DNA from: Octopus sinensis
Lineage: Eukaryota
Length of the DNA: 64,000 bases
Direction of reading: 5' to 3'
Assembly (NCBI RefSeq): GCF_006345805.1
Contig: NC_043007.1
Location: 63,178,001 to 63,242,000 of the forward strand
The first letter of the stretch is position 1; every line of letters starts with the position of its first letter. This document shows, piece by piece, positions 12,816-26,583 of the stretch. Below the pieces are notes generated by a model. The model made no database searches and had not been told where the DNA came from. It saw nothing but the letters and a program-made list of their open reading frames with translations. A program made the position numbers and the translations under genes.

Positions 12816-14249
12816 AGAGAATGCTATAAATCGAAAAAAATGCCATTATTTATTTTTATAATGGGTATAACATCAATATTTCAACAGAGCTACTTTCATT
12901 TTTAAGATCAAGGAACTTCTTTTTGATACTAAGTGCTACCATTAAGTTTGTGTGGGTTGGATGATTCTGTAGTTTCAGGCCATTTGCAGAGCTTGTTAGA
13001 TTGTTTCTTTTTTGAATTGTTTTCATTTTATGTTCTTAAATTCACTGATATGAATAATGTACTTTACTTTATAAAACATCACCATCTACAATACTTTGAC
13101 TTAATAAACCAGCTCCTTATGTACATGTGAGGACATGTGACCTAGTGGTTAAGGTGTTTGGTTTACAATCAATCAACTCAGCTAAAAAACTGCTCTCTCT
13201 TCCAGCTATCACATCTTTGATAATCCACTAGGTTAACGGTGAGAGGGAGAAGATATCTATAGCTGCTCATGACTATATAAGCACCCAAAACAATTAGTGA
13301 AGGCATGATACAAGCTACCAGGTCATATTCGCTGAGATTGCAGAATATGTATATAAAGATTATACAAATCTAGTTGGTTAGATGTCCTACAATTTCTAGC
13401 ATGTAGGTAATTGGGTTGACATACACTTTTGAAGTGATATGATTAGTATAGACATTTTATAAAACAAGAAAATATAAAAAGAGAGAAAAAATGAGATGTA
13501 CAAGGCATCAAAAAAGGAGAAACTCAGAAATCTATTTCAAAACTTCCACAAAATTCACTTTTCTAAATATCAGAAGATAATAGTCACTAACTTGACTCTT
13601 AATCAACTAGGTGCAGGAAAGCCCCAGCTTCATGCATCTGTTTTGGCTAAACCAAAACATTTAACAGTATCACACAGCTCTAATGCTTATTTCAGATTTA
13701 AAATTATACAGATTTGAAAATTAGTGATGCTGAAAGAAAATATAGGTGTAATGCAATGATGGATAATATTACCCACACAAAATTTCTGTTAACCCTTGTT
13801 AGGTCTGTGGCAATAAACTCTCAGAAAGTTGCATCTGCAGTTCAGCTGCACTCAGTTTAGGCATTTCACATCAAATACTTTTTGAACTTGCACACAATTT
13901 CCAAATGAAAAACCTGTCAATAGAGGGAGACTGCGCTAGCTTGTATTGTTTTTCATACAGCATATCAAGCAGAAGCATTTAGCAATGACTCAGTATTCTA
14001 AGATGTTCTTTCCCGTTTCATTCTTAACCCATCTTGGGGTATCACTGAAGAATCATTCCATAGTAAAGAAAAAAATAAACAGCAAAAAGCAAATTAACCA
14101 GATAGAGCTAATGCTTTTTCTCGCTTCACAGAATTACATAAAGTGCAATGGTTTGAATGGGAATAAATTATGAGTTGAAGACAGATTGTGTCTTCAACTG
14201 AAGTTTACCTTACCATATTAAATATTCATGTATACATACTAGTATGATT

Positions 14250-14390
14250 AAGGCAGCTAATTAGCAGAGTGTAAGTATTGAACAGAATGCTTTGTGATAT
14301 TCATTACAGCTGTGTTCAAATTCCACCAAGGTTAACTTTGCATTTCATCCTTTTAAGGTCAATAAAAGTACAAGTGAAATAATGGGAGAC
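14250..14390 (+). mobile_element. Degraded family A SINE
   Basis: gttcaaattccaccaaggttaactttgcatttcatccttttaaggtcaataaaagtac core. Confidence 0.65.
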
Positions 14391-15419
14391 GATTATTTTT
14401 CTCTTACAGACACACTTTCTCTCGAAGAAATCAGCTGTATTCAGAAATATCAAGAGATGAACTCACCAGGTTTAAAATGTCCAAGACATGCTATATGTCA
14501 TGTTGACAGGCACCGCTATGATTCCTGGAAGAGTTGCAGACCACTACCTATACTATTATGACTAAGAAAAAAATAATGCCTATAATATGAACACTATTCA
14601 GTAGAAGGGCTTCTGTGAAACAAATTTATATTGTTTTGAATCTCTATTTCTTTTCACAAGTTATTAATGCTTGGGAATAGAACAAATGTCAACTGATTAT
14701 GCACAGTTAAACAGAAAATAAAATACACTTGATATATTACACTGCTACCAGCAAATAAAATATTACATAATATTCACACATGACCCACCCATCTTTTTTC
14801 CAGGTTATGTATGTATCCAAAGTGTCCTTTGTTTTTTAAGCTGGCAGAGTTTAATCTGAGGTATTTTGGGTGCCATTTACAGCAGGTCAAGTAACCCATA
14901 GTAGCTTTGTTCATAAAAGAAGCAAGTGCAACAGGCAGTTTGAAATATTCTAAAGTAACCAGTGAAACTATCATTTTTATGCACCTTTCAAGCCTCCCTT
15001 TTTCTATCAAAATGAGAATATAATCAATTAATGGATATACTAACAGTATCTATTATTATTTATAATGTAATTAATATTAGTCCCAGAGGAATGAATACCA
15101 TTGTGAATCCAGCACCAAGACCATCAATAGGATTTGAATTCAAAAATAGTAACATTCCCATCATTGACTTAGCAGAGGATTAAAACAAGACATGCAGAAC
15201 ATTGTAATACAAATACAAACTGCTTTATAAGTTAAATGCCATACCTTTTAAATAACAGTTGATTTATGTTTATAAATAGTCTAGACTTGTATTCAGGTAT
15301 ACTACAGAAGGTGAGATCAAACTAACTAGTTAAGCTGGTATGTAACTGTTTCATATGACCATAAGTTCATACCTTTTGTACGGACATCCACGCAAAATTA
15401 TATTTCTTTACCTTGCACA

Positions 15420-15990
15420 TGCCTTGGATCAACCAAAACCTTATGAATGGATTTGGTAAACAGAAACTGAAAGTAGTCCATCATGTGTTTGTCTCCCACT
15501 ACTGCTTGACAGCTGATGTTGGTGTATTTACATCCCCATAACTTAGTGGTTCGCCAAAAGACACTGATAGAATAAGTACCATGCTTAAAAATTTCGAAAG
15601 GAAGGTATTAGTTGAGACCACCAATCCCAGCAAAATAAAGTGCTGGTACTTTATTTTATGGAAGCTGGAGGAAAGAAAGGCAAAGATGATCTCAGTAGGA
15701 TTTGAACTCAAAATGTAAAGAGCTGAAACAAGTACTGCAAGGCATTTTTTCGAATGCTCTAATGATCCTACTAGTTAACCATCTTTAAATAATGTCTAAT
15801 TTAAGTACAAGGTCAACATTTTTTGCAGTGAGGGCATTAGTTGATGCTACTGAGCCCAGTACTTGACTGATACTTTATTGAGCCAATAAAGATGAAACAA
15901 TGGCCTTGTTGGAATTTGAATTCAGAACATAAAGAGCCAGAGCAAATACCACAAAGCATTTTCCAACACTAACAATTCTGCTAGCTTGCC
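15420..15990. mobile_element. SINE cluster: partial family B (+, 15420-15590) and two family A copies (-, ~15640-15780 and ~15820-15990)
   Basis: Matches to the family B middle section and reverse complement of the family A core (ctggtactttatttta...gaaaggcaaag...gatttgaactc). Confidence 0.65.
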
Positions 15991-16212
15991 CCTCAATTTG
16001 CAAATAATGAAATTCTAACTTGAGCTTCATGGTTATGTGGTGTGCCTTACAAAGTATATGCAACAATATGCATATGTTCAAAATTTCAAACAAATTGTGG
16101 AAAAATACAATAAAAAAGTTTTTAAAAATAAAATTAAAAAAAAAAGAAATGGCAAACTAAAACATCACCAGTAGAATTGTATAAATAATTAAATTTTTTC
16201 ATTTCAATTATA

Positions 16213-16218
16213 TTTATT
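16213..16218 (-). promoter_or_regulatory. Candidate distal poly(A) signal of ATXN3 (would give a ~3.5 kb 3' UTR)
   Basis: AATAAA on the minus strand followed by a long T/GT-rich tract on the minus strand; several other AATAAA hexamers lie nearer the stop. Confidence 0.25.
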
Positions 16219-19200
16219 GTATAGAATTTACATTTGTCTTAATATTTAAAATACTCAGACAAAATTGTCTTTAAAATAAAATAAACCTTATTTATAATAA
16301 AGTGAAAATTAATGTATTAAGTAGCATTGGCAATTTGAGTCTATTAAGATTAAAATAATATTACTAGTCTTATATAACAGGGGTAAAATGTCACAAAGAA
16401 ATATTTTCAAAAATATCTTTAAAAAAATGCAGTAGTTTTAATACTGAAACAGAGAAGTGTGAGTTGAGAATACCAACATTTCAAGACAAATTCCTCAGTT
16501 ATTCATGATACTATCTTTCAGAATTCCTGGCATTTATTCAGATGGCCCAAACTAGATTTCTTAGATGAAAAATAGAGAATAGAGAATTATATTTCTAAAG
16601 AACTATCAGCATATACTCACAGTTACAACAAAATCATCATAGCAGTAATTAAAAAAAAAAAAAAAAAAAGGCTTGAGTAGAGTGCTAATCAGCACAGTGG
16701 CATCCTACTGTCAACAGGAGCAGCCTACAAAGATTGCATTTTGGGAGAGGATTGAGGACAATTAATGAGAGTAGAAGAACATGATCAAGTGTGAGCAAAA
16801 TAAATTATATAGCAGTTTGGCTGTTGGTATGCAATTCTATCAGTTCAGTAAAGTTTAGCCCCAAATCAACCTTGATCAAGCAGATCATGAGCAAAGGGTA
16901 TTCTAACTGTAACCTTCTGACTTTTATTTTTCAGACTGTAACTAAGGCTTCATTATCCTTTATTTAGGATGGCAAGGTGTGATTAAAGAACCTGCTTTTT
17001 CTATTTAGATAACCATGATGCTTTATTCTCAGCTTAGAAAATATTGAATGGTCAGGTGTTGATCAGCTGAAATATCTGAACATAGTCAATCGATTGATGC
17101 CAAAAAAATTACAATGCTCTGCAACATTAGTTAGATACATTATTAACCTATACAAATAAATCTGCTTTTTAGTGTCCTGAATATAAGATAGTTTCCAGAT
17201 ATGATAATAATGCTCATGATTAATGCTGAAGTGTTGGCCATTTCCTTTCTTTTTTTTTTAATGTTTTAGGGAAAAAAAACCAGCACCCATTATCCTTTTT
17301 GGAACCTGATACTGGTAAGAGGAAGAGAGGAGATTATTCTTAGATAGGAGACCTGGCCCAAATGCTTGCAATAGAGTGAACTTCATTAAAGGCACTCAAG
17401 AGACAGGTGCTGGTGTTAAATTGGACAACAGATCACTTTAGCATCTGTCAGTATGTTCACTCCTGAAGTGGACTAACATATTTCTTTCATTATCAATCAT
17501 TTAGGTCTTGTAATACAAGCACTGGTCACACACTAGACAGAGTATACTAAAACTCTCCTGACAAAACAAAATATATTTCAGTAAAAACAAAATGAGATAG
17601 TCCAACTTCTAAAAAGAAATTTAGGATTCTCTGCTTGACAGAAGGATATATATGTTACAGACACCAACTGGAGCAGTCACTTTCTGACAGCAATTTTAAT
17701 GTATCTAATTGGAAAGTTGGAGGATCTTGTCTTATGTAAAAAGTAGTTTAAAAGTATCAGTTACACAGAGATTAAGGGTTCACTAAGGATTATGTGCTTT
17801 AGTGAGGTGACAGTACAATCAGCTGAAATATCTTTTCCAACAAAACAAAGCAATTGCTTTAATATTTGACAGTTACAATGAGTTTGTTGGATTGGCAATT
17901 TGCAGTTATAAAGAAACATCATGAAGTGGTCTGCTCTATTAAGTAGAAATCTTTTTGTACATCCCAAGTATATTAATACTCTGCTTATTACAAAATAAAA
18001 TGAAAGACCAATTGCATGAATTAAATAAGTTAAGTGACTATGTTATGAATACTGTAAATAAAAATGTCAGTTGTTCCTCATAGGTCTGTAAATTATCTTT
18101 GTGCAATAAAATTTTTAAATTGTTGAAATAGCTCTCCTTTTCTTTGAGAGTTGCTAATAATTGTTGCTAGTGTTTTGCTTTCTTTCCACAACTAAGAGGG
18201 AGAGTTCACTTAATTCAGAATTTTTAGCATAAAGCACTCAATACATCATCCCTTAACTGATTACTCTACATTTCTAGTATGACTATAAAGGAGTGTCTTG
18301 GTAGTTAAGCTTTTCTTCCTTGTTTTAAACATTCAATACTTTACATTTCTTTCACAAGAGTAAATCATGAAAATGCCACTTCCATCTATAGCCTCACAAC
18401 ATTCACCTTTCTTATAGCTTTTACCCTTCTTTTATGAAATTTCTATTTTTGTCTTGACCCTTCTGAAATTGATTTACCACAATGCTTGCAGTAAATCAGG
18501 AGAGGAAATAAGAAAATTTCCTATGTAGCAGGTTATGAGGGGGAATATGGTAATTAGTGGCAAAAAATATTCTGACAAATTATTATATATACTAACAAAG
18601 AAATATGCCTTTTCTCCACATCACATCCTACTTCAACAGACCAATGACAATGCAAGAACAGACTGATATATTGCATTCAACAAACAGTGTAATGGAAATA
18701 AGCAATTTTATGTCACAAGAGTGAGAAGGGTTTGGAATAGCAGTTAGCTCACTAGCAGGTGACATTCTTTTTTCTTACAAAAGTTTTTAGGTTCCAATCA
18801 ATCTCTAATATTAAAGACTGGAAACTATTTACAGCTGCACCAGTATTGCCAGCAAAGGTAGTGGAAAGTATTTAAATTCAAGCTATTATCAAGTATTAAA
18901 TATTTGTCAACTATAACATTCTCAAAGCGAAAGCCCTCAAATTCAAATACTTAAAAGTTGTTAATCATAGTACCAATTACTAAATAACTAAAGTGTAAAG
19001 CATCTCGTATATCCAAAAATTAACACAAAGCCCTACATTCTTTCTACAACTAAGTCTGAAAACTACTTTTATCCTTATAAATGTTCATTAAAGTAGTGGT
19101 TTGGTATTTTAAAAATCTTCTTGAAAATTTGTCCAAAAAGAATTCAACAGAAAAAAAAAAACAATACTATACTTTATATAAAAACAAAGTTATATTCTCA

Positions 19201-19748
19201 AATAAGATTCCTTGAAACTTGTTAATTTCTAAAGAATGCTTTTGGTTAAGATAAACTGGGAACAAGAAGAGGAGGGACTGAATGAAAAAGCAAAAATTTA
19301 AAAAAAAGATTGACACCAGAAACCAGTTGAGATGTAGTTCTCCTATATGTAACATTAATAATGAACCCTTTTGACTAAATACAAGGACAATATTTGTAGG
19401 AGAGTGTACAGATGATCAAATAAGCCAAGTATCTATCTTACTTGGTCTTCATAATTAGGCTGATGGTTATTTTTAATTAATGAAATGACTGCTAGTACAA
19501 CATACAAGAAGGTGAAAGGTAAAAAAATATTTATATTGCAAAAGTACAAATTGCATCAATAAATAGGCATTGCTCCCATAGCATTAGAGTCAGTTTACAG
19601 AAAATACAACCAACTGTGATACAGCTTTCTGCATAACTCTGTAAGAGAGAGAGAAATGAAGAAAAGAGAGGTGTAGTGTACAATTAGCACTTTCTGTTAC
19701 TAATATCACAACAGAGTTGACTGTCCTAGTTCTTCAACCACAATAGCT

Positions 19749-19819
19749 TCACATTGGTTCTGCTGCTTTCATAGACATATAAATTGCTTTCTGGAGCATC
19801 TCTTCTTCACTCAGTTCTT
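19749..19819 (-). CDS. ATXN3: Ataxin-3 terminal exon (UIM3)
   Basis: ttacag|AA GAA CTG ... ATG TGA; EELSEEEMLQKAIYMSMKAAEPM* (human UIM3 MSEEDMLQAAVTMSL). Summed CDS is 1116 nt = 371 aa + stop. Confidence 0.9.
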
Positions 19820-20394
19820 CTGTAAGATAAAATCAGAAACACACATTAAATATTTGCAGCTGGTGCAAGCATGAAGAGGCATAATACTTTTTAAAGAGTT
19901 AACTGACTAACTTCATGCTATTAAGAGTAAAAATACAGAGATCTAAGATAAAGGGAACCATATACAGTTCCACTTTCCTCAGTCAATCTAGTTGACATAA
20001 GTTCCACTCCAAATTTTAAAACTGAGATTAATGATACAAGGTGCATCTAGTTGTAAAGAATTATCAATTCAATAATATGCAAACATCTAAATTTGTAAAA
20101 TCATCCTTTATTTGTTAAGCTTACTGAATTGGAGCTCAACACTGGCTTTATAAGGCAGTGACATACAATTTATAAGTGAATGCCATTGTGTTATGGGTAA
20201 ACACCCAGTAAGATGAGTTCAGGAACTGATTCATAATCTAGACTCTCTCTTTCTCTCTCTCTCTCACACACACAATCAACTTCTTTCAGTTTCCATCTAT
20301 CAAAACCACTCAGAAGGCTATGAAAAGTAAATCAACTGCCAGACTTCCTTTCTCAAGTTAAACTAGCTATTAATTGAATGTATGATATACTAAC

Positions 20395-20673
20395 CCCCAT
20401 TTTCTCCATTTTCCCCATTTTCTTTGACAGATTCAGATTCATTTTCCATATTAGTAACAGAAGAATCGGCTGCATTATTCTGTAAACAATTTGTTTTGCT
20501 TAAGTAGTTGAGTCGTTTTTGGCGCAATTCATCAATGGATATCGGCTGTTTTGAAGGCTTTTGTGTTTGAGGTTGTTGACTGTGAAGAGACTGTGGCATA
20601 CCCCAAGTATGATGTACTTCCAAATCAGGAGTAGTATCTTCAGTTCCAAGACAATTATCTTCTGCCTTATCAC
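20395..20673 (-). CDS. ATXN3: Ataxin-3 exon 6 (VCP/p97-binding motif)
   Basis: ttccag|GT GAT AAG ... GGG G|gttagt; 279 nt, phases consistent; contains SIDELRQKRLNYL (human SEELRKRREAYF). Confidence 0.88.
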
Positions 20674-22191
20674 CTGGAATCATTAAAAAAAAAAATTAAA
20701 TTTCAAAGGCATGTATGTCCATCTGTGTGTTTACATTTGTGTTCTATAAAAGTTGCAAGCTACAAACGGTGCTGTTGCTATTACTTCTGTCAATATCCAC
20801 TCGCTTTGCACTTTCAAGACATGTAAAATTATAGATCGCTTACTTGAAAAACCAGTAAGGATTAATATCCAACTGTAATATATTTGTTTAACATATGCTG
20901 GTATGGGAAAATGGACATAAAACAAATGCATATTTTACTTATTTCCCATTTTTAAAACCCTTTTGTTACCATATTTCCATTGATATACACTGCTTTTATC
21001 TCAATTAACTTTGAAAATAATGAAGAAATTAGAGAAACAACTGGTGTTTGGAACATAAATTAAAATGAAATTTTGATGGAAGGTCTTAATTTATATCACT
21101 TTAAAAATATCATATATACAAACAAAACATTTCAATAGAAATAGAAAATTAGGAGCTGAGGTGATAAACTACTTTTGCCAACTTTTATTTGCCTGAATTA
21201 TTTATATCACTTTTTCTTTTGCTACACTTATGAAAATGGCTTAAACAAATTAACTCATGATACTGTGAAAGGAGACTTCCAATAGCTACATAATAAAATT
21301 GTTTGTTTGGATAAGACCATGTCTTGGTAGGAAGATGATAATGACATTTTGAGACTGACCCTTCATCTGAGAAAGAAAACATGATAAAGGGGCCAGTCCT
21401 GAAACATTAGATTCCTCTTCTCCCCACAGAATACAAACTTATCAAAAGCCATGCCCCACACCTTGTGATTTTTGCCAGCACAGACCACCACCAGTTCTGC
21501 AGACTTTAGTATTTTTACTTATGTGGGAGACACACAGTGAAGTCGACCAGTTTATGACAGTAACCACTTTTAAAATATAATTCTCATTAAAAAGCAAGAC
21601 TGGTTGTTTAGTATTAAGTAGCGTAATAAATATATTCAGTCCATTCTGCAAGTAATTTATGATAGGGAGGGCATTCAGTTGTAAAAATATGAAAACACTA
21701 TCACTGAATACAGGTGAAAATTTTACAGTGTAACACAGGTGTCAGCAAGAATAGTACTGGGCTAGGAAAGTCATCAGGTTGCTAACAGCCTTATTAATGT
21801 ACAGAGAGTGTGGTTTAGGTTTCCACAAGTTTTAAAAAAATCAACTCTCCAATAAACTGCAATTGAGTATAATAGAGGAGGAGGGAAAAAAACTTCCCAC
21901 AGCATTCAGAAAACTTGGTGAATGATAGATGAGTGTTTTTGTGTGTCTTGAAATGCTGAATTCAAGTCTTCCTCCCGAAGACTACTGAAGAAGAGAGTAA
22001 ACGGACGTTCTAGAATGATACTAAAGTTAGGGACATGTCAAAGACAGTATCTTGGCATCTCATTCAGGAACTTCAAGATCAAAACAAACATAAATTGTAC
22101 AAGGGAAGAATAAACATTCTAAAAGTTTTTTCTATATCAAATACAGCAATTAACACATCAAACAATAAAAAAAAAACCCATGAAAATTTAC

Positions 22192-22476
22192 CTTGCATAC
22201 TAAGTTCAAGAGCAGTTTGTAAAAGTGCTTCTTCCTTATCTTTCAAACTCATTGCTAATGCTCTCTGCAATGAAGGATCATCCTTTTCAGCATATTCCCG
22301 AGTAGTCTCAATAACTTGCTGTAAACTGGGGTCCATCTGGTCTTCACTGCTGGATGCAGTTAAAGGTGCTGCACTTTCTAAGGTAGGTTTCACTGGCTGT
22401 ACAGCAGGATGAATTTTTAAAAGTTGATCAGCATCACTAGGTGGCAAGTTACCAATGATAATAAATATTGAATAAC
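22192..22476 (-). CDS. ATXN3: Ataxin-3 exon 5 (end of Josephin, UIM1, UIM2)
   Basis: acag|GT TAT TCA ... CAA G|gtaaa; 285 nt; GYSIFIIIGNLPPSDADQLL...DDPSLQRALAMSL...EEALLQTALELSMQG. Confidence 0.95.
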
Positions 22477-22650
22477 CTGTGAATAGAATAATATGAAAAT
22501 ACTACTGTTACTTGGAGAGGAAGAGAGAAAGAGAGGAGAGAAGTGAGACAGATTAAATGAAATACATTTATTTCTATTTTTCTCTACATGTACTGAATGG
22601 TTCTAAAAAAATGTACCTAATTATAACAAAATAATACAGTTTGTAGTTAT

Positions 22651-23000
22651 AGGCATGGCTGTGTGGTAAGAAGCTTGCTTCCCAACCACATGGTTCCAAG
22701 TTCAGTACCATTGCATGGCACCTCAGGCGGACCAAAGCCTTGTGAGTGGATTTTGGTAGACAGAAGCTGAAAGTAGTCCATCATGTGTGTGTATGTGTGT
22801 TTGTTCCCCACCACTGCTTGACAGCTGGTGTTGGTGTATTTATGTCCCCATAACCGAGCAGTTTAGCAAAAGACACTGATAGAATAAGTACCAGGCTTTA
22901 AAAAAATGTACTGGAATCAATTTATTTGACTAAAAATTCTTCAAGGCAATGCCCTAGCAAAGCTATAGTCTAATGACTGAAACAAGGAAACAATAAAAAG
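22651..23000 (+). mobile_element. Family B SINE in ATXN3 intron 4
   Basis: ggcatggctgtgtggtaagaagcttgcttcccaaccacatgg ... gtctaatgactgaaacaagg. Confidence 0.85.
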
Positions 23001-24651
23001 ATATTTCCTTTTTTTCAAGTTAAAACTTTTGCTAGTATTGATACCAAATCCACTTTAATGTATAGTTGGAGAGCTGTTGCTGCCACAGTTGAGTAACCCA
23101 GTAATGTCTTCCTGGGGAGGAGACCTGTAACAAATTGTCTGTTTTGTCTCTCTTCCATTTAGGACTATATTACATATATTGTCATGCAGTATTTGGTCTT
23201 GTGGCTGCTCTACATATATAGTAGGAAGATGAAATGGTGACTGCAGTAGATTGATGTAAAGTATACCCAAGTTATTTTGGTATAAAATAGTTACAATTTA
23301 TCAGATACTGGCAGCCTAGTACAAAATTTGGGCCCAGAGAGAGTGGAGAAATACATTGAGTCCTCAGTTATTTTGGTGTATGTTTTATGTAAATCTGGAG
23401 TGGGAGAGGTAGCAAATTAAAAAAAAAAAGTTTAGAAGTCTAGTTCCAATATGTTTACAAGTGGTTAACCATGTAGTTATAATATTTATGCACTTTGTAA
23501 CATTTGAATGGAATAAATCTGCCTTGTGTAAAAGATTACATGAAATACAGTATCTGTGACAGCATCTGAGCTTGTGAGTTTTGAGGCTAAAATTTCATAC
23601 CAATTATTTGCAAAAAGAGAAAAATAATTTTTCTAGAACCATTCAAATTATTTCTATGTTGTTTTACATCCATTCATAAATTCTTAATATCATTTTCATA
23701 TTCAACAGATATGAATTTTAAGATATTGGATTATTAACAATATGATCATCAGGAGTACAAAACACATTGGTTTGTTGTTGTTTAGTGCCAAGTCAGAATT
23801 GATCCAGTAGACCTATGATCAAAGGCAATCTAGATATGACTGTTCTGTGTTTTATTCAAACATAGTTTATCTAGAACCACACTTTTCAATATCTACCTCT
23901 TTCTTTCTTTTTGAGAAAACAGAGTTAGATTTGGCCACTATATCTATCTCATCAAGCAACTTCATATAGGTGCCCACATTGTGTTGCACCATTCAAGTAG
24001 AGCACACTACTCTGTCTCAAACTGCTTGGCCAGACTATCAGTATGATTCCCACTACAAAATAAAAAATTCAAAGAGACAAATAACCCATCCAACTGTAAG
24101 AAAAAATTACTTTCCTCTAATAATTCATATGCAAGAATATCAAAAGTAATCTCACCAACTCTAACTGTTGTTCAACCCCAGGTTAGCCCTGATCAAGTAA
24201 ACCTATGATCAAAAGCATTCCAACAGTGACCATTCCATATTTTTTCAGATACAATATATTCAAGGCTATTGTATCAAATGTCCTTTTTTTTTTTAAGACA
24301 GTAAGGTATGGTTTGAGGGATACTGGCTACTGTTTGTAGCAAGCCAACTAATCACACAGCAGCTCTCTTGTTGCCTCATCCAATTCTAGTTTGGAATATT
24401 TAGTGTAAAATAAAAAAAAAATGTAAATATATTGCTCCTTGATGTCATAAGTTAAATGGTTCTGAAATTACATTTATTTAATTCACTGCAATATATAAAT
24501 TTAAAGGCAAATTTATGAGGATATGAGAGTAAAAAAAAACACAGGAAAAGAAACAGGAGGTGGGAAAGTAAGAGGAGGGGGGAAAATCACAGCACTGATG
24601 AAATATATTTATTTATATATATTTATATATATATACACACATATATATTAC

Positions 24652-24806
24652 CTTCTTGTAGTAATTGTATGATAAACAAAGACAGATATGTGTCTGATAT
24701 GAGTTCGGGACCACTCAGTAAAGAGTTTAAGTTAAACCATTGGAAACCAATTTTACGTATAGTGAACCAATGTTCCTTCATGTTGCATATATAAGCTGTT
24801 TGTTGT
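24652..24806 (-). CDS. ATXN3: Ataxin-3 exon 4 (catalytic His and Asn)
   Basis: tttcag|A CAA CAA ... GAA G|gtaat; 155 nt; AYICNMKEHWFTIRKIGFQWFNLNSLLSGPELISDTYLSLFIIQLLQE. Confidence 0.96.
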
Positions 24807-25639
24807 CTGAAATGTAAACAGTATGTCACTAAATAAAATCTGATGTTTGCATCATGAAGATTCAAAGGAAAAATAAAAATAAATAATAAATAACTTTTTT
24901 AATGTATAGTTAGACCAACTTACAAAAATCTTTAAGCAAATGCTGCTTTTTAACACTTTAATACTTTTGTTATTTAAAATGGATGTTATGATGGGTAACT
25001 GTGTAGCAGACCAAAGTCCTCACTGTCACATCTCTACTTGGAACCATTTATGTTGCTACTGCCTTTTTGGATACATGTGAATGTTAAATTTCCCATGTCA
25101 ATATGAAGCTTCATGTGTATGAAAGAAACCGGAGTGTTTTACATATGATGTGGTAACAATGTGCAGTAATATGGCAACAAGGTCAGAGAACCAATTCAAT
25201 GATACACATTTCAATCCATAGGGTGAGATATTATTGAAATTGTTAAGAGCCGGGGGGGGGGGGGGTTGATTAGTGATATAAAGACATGGAAAGCTACTGG
25301 ACCATCAAAGATAGTTGCTGAGATACTGAAAATAACTGATGAAGTTGGATATATGCTAGTCATTCATAGTCAATCAAGGATGTCTCATACCCAATACCAG
25401 GTGTATAAGTTTCATCATTAATTGTGACACAAGCAAAAGAAATGCTCTAGAAAGAATCAGTTACAGGAGCATCAAATTAATGGCTGATGTTATGAAAGCA
25501 ACAGAAAGCATTACACAGTTGATTAAGAAAAGAATTAGCTTACATGAGATGCAGTTCAAGTTTGTGCCTAGCATCACAAGTACCCACTTCCTAGTGAGAC
25601 AATAATGAGGAATTCTTAGGTAAGAGAGCACCAGTGTAT

Positions 25640-26345
25640 TTAGAATTCATCTACCTGGAAAAGGTTTTTCAGAGGAAACCACATGTATTCTGATGTAGTT
25701 GAATGGCTTGAGAAAGCCATTAAAAGCCATCTACAGAGATGCTGAGGACATCTTTTTAGATGGTTTGAAAATTAGCAATGAGTTCAGCAAGGAATTTAGG
25801 TAGGTATCCATCAGAGCTCAGTTTTCAGCCTCTTTCTGTTTACTACAGTTCTCCAGGCCTCAACAACATGGGATCACATGTACGCTGATGACCTGGTTCT
25901 TAAAGATGAATCTGTTAAAGAATTAAAGGAAAAATTCCAAACATGGAAGTAAAGCCTACAAATACAAGGACTCTAAAGTAAATCTAGCAAAGACAAAGAA
26001 TTTAGTTAGCTTGAAAAGAAAACAGGACTCTGCTGCCATTAGGAAAGAGGCCATGCTCTCTATATAGAAAAGGATACTGTGTATCAAAAGTAAACTACAG
26101 GTGCAAAGCAGATACAGTGGGATACACAGGTAAGCTGACAGAAAAGGAAGAATTCCTATTTGGAAGATGCAGAGTAGTTTGCAGTCGGAGTAACTAACCA
26201 TGAAATAAATTCTTCCAGATGCTAAGAATGTCTTGAAGTAATTGCTTGTGTGACATAATAAACAATGGAACTAGTTGATCCAACATCATAGCAGAGTGAA
26301 AAAAAGGGGCAAAAAGGGGATTCTCTCTACATGAAGGGCAGATTG
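25640..26345 (+). mobile_element. Decayed RTE LINE RT fragment
   Basis: Remnants of DLEKAF, YADDL (tgtacgctgatgacctgg), KFQTWK and GLKVNLAKTK; same family as the minus-strand RTE copies. Confidence 0.7.
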
Positions 26346-26530
26346 TATGCTTCTTTTTTTATATTTTCCTTCTATCTGTATACTTGTTTATCTGCAAGGG
26401 AGGATAGAAAGTATGGTGGTTGCTTTATGTGAGGTGCTTAGAGATGACGGGAGGAACAGGTTTATTGCTGTGGAGGAGATTCACATCAACATTACATATA
26501 TGTGTGTGTATGTGTATACATATATATATG

Positions 26531-26583
<53 letters not shown>

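Noticed and set aside
12753-19749. Possible overlapping 3' UTRs (natural antisense) of convergent B3GAT3 and ATXN3
   Set aside because: Stops are 7 kb apart and candidate poly(A) signals at 12777/12794 (+) and 16213 (-) leave a gap; no sequence evidence of overlap.
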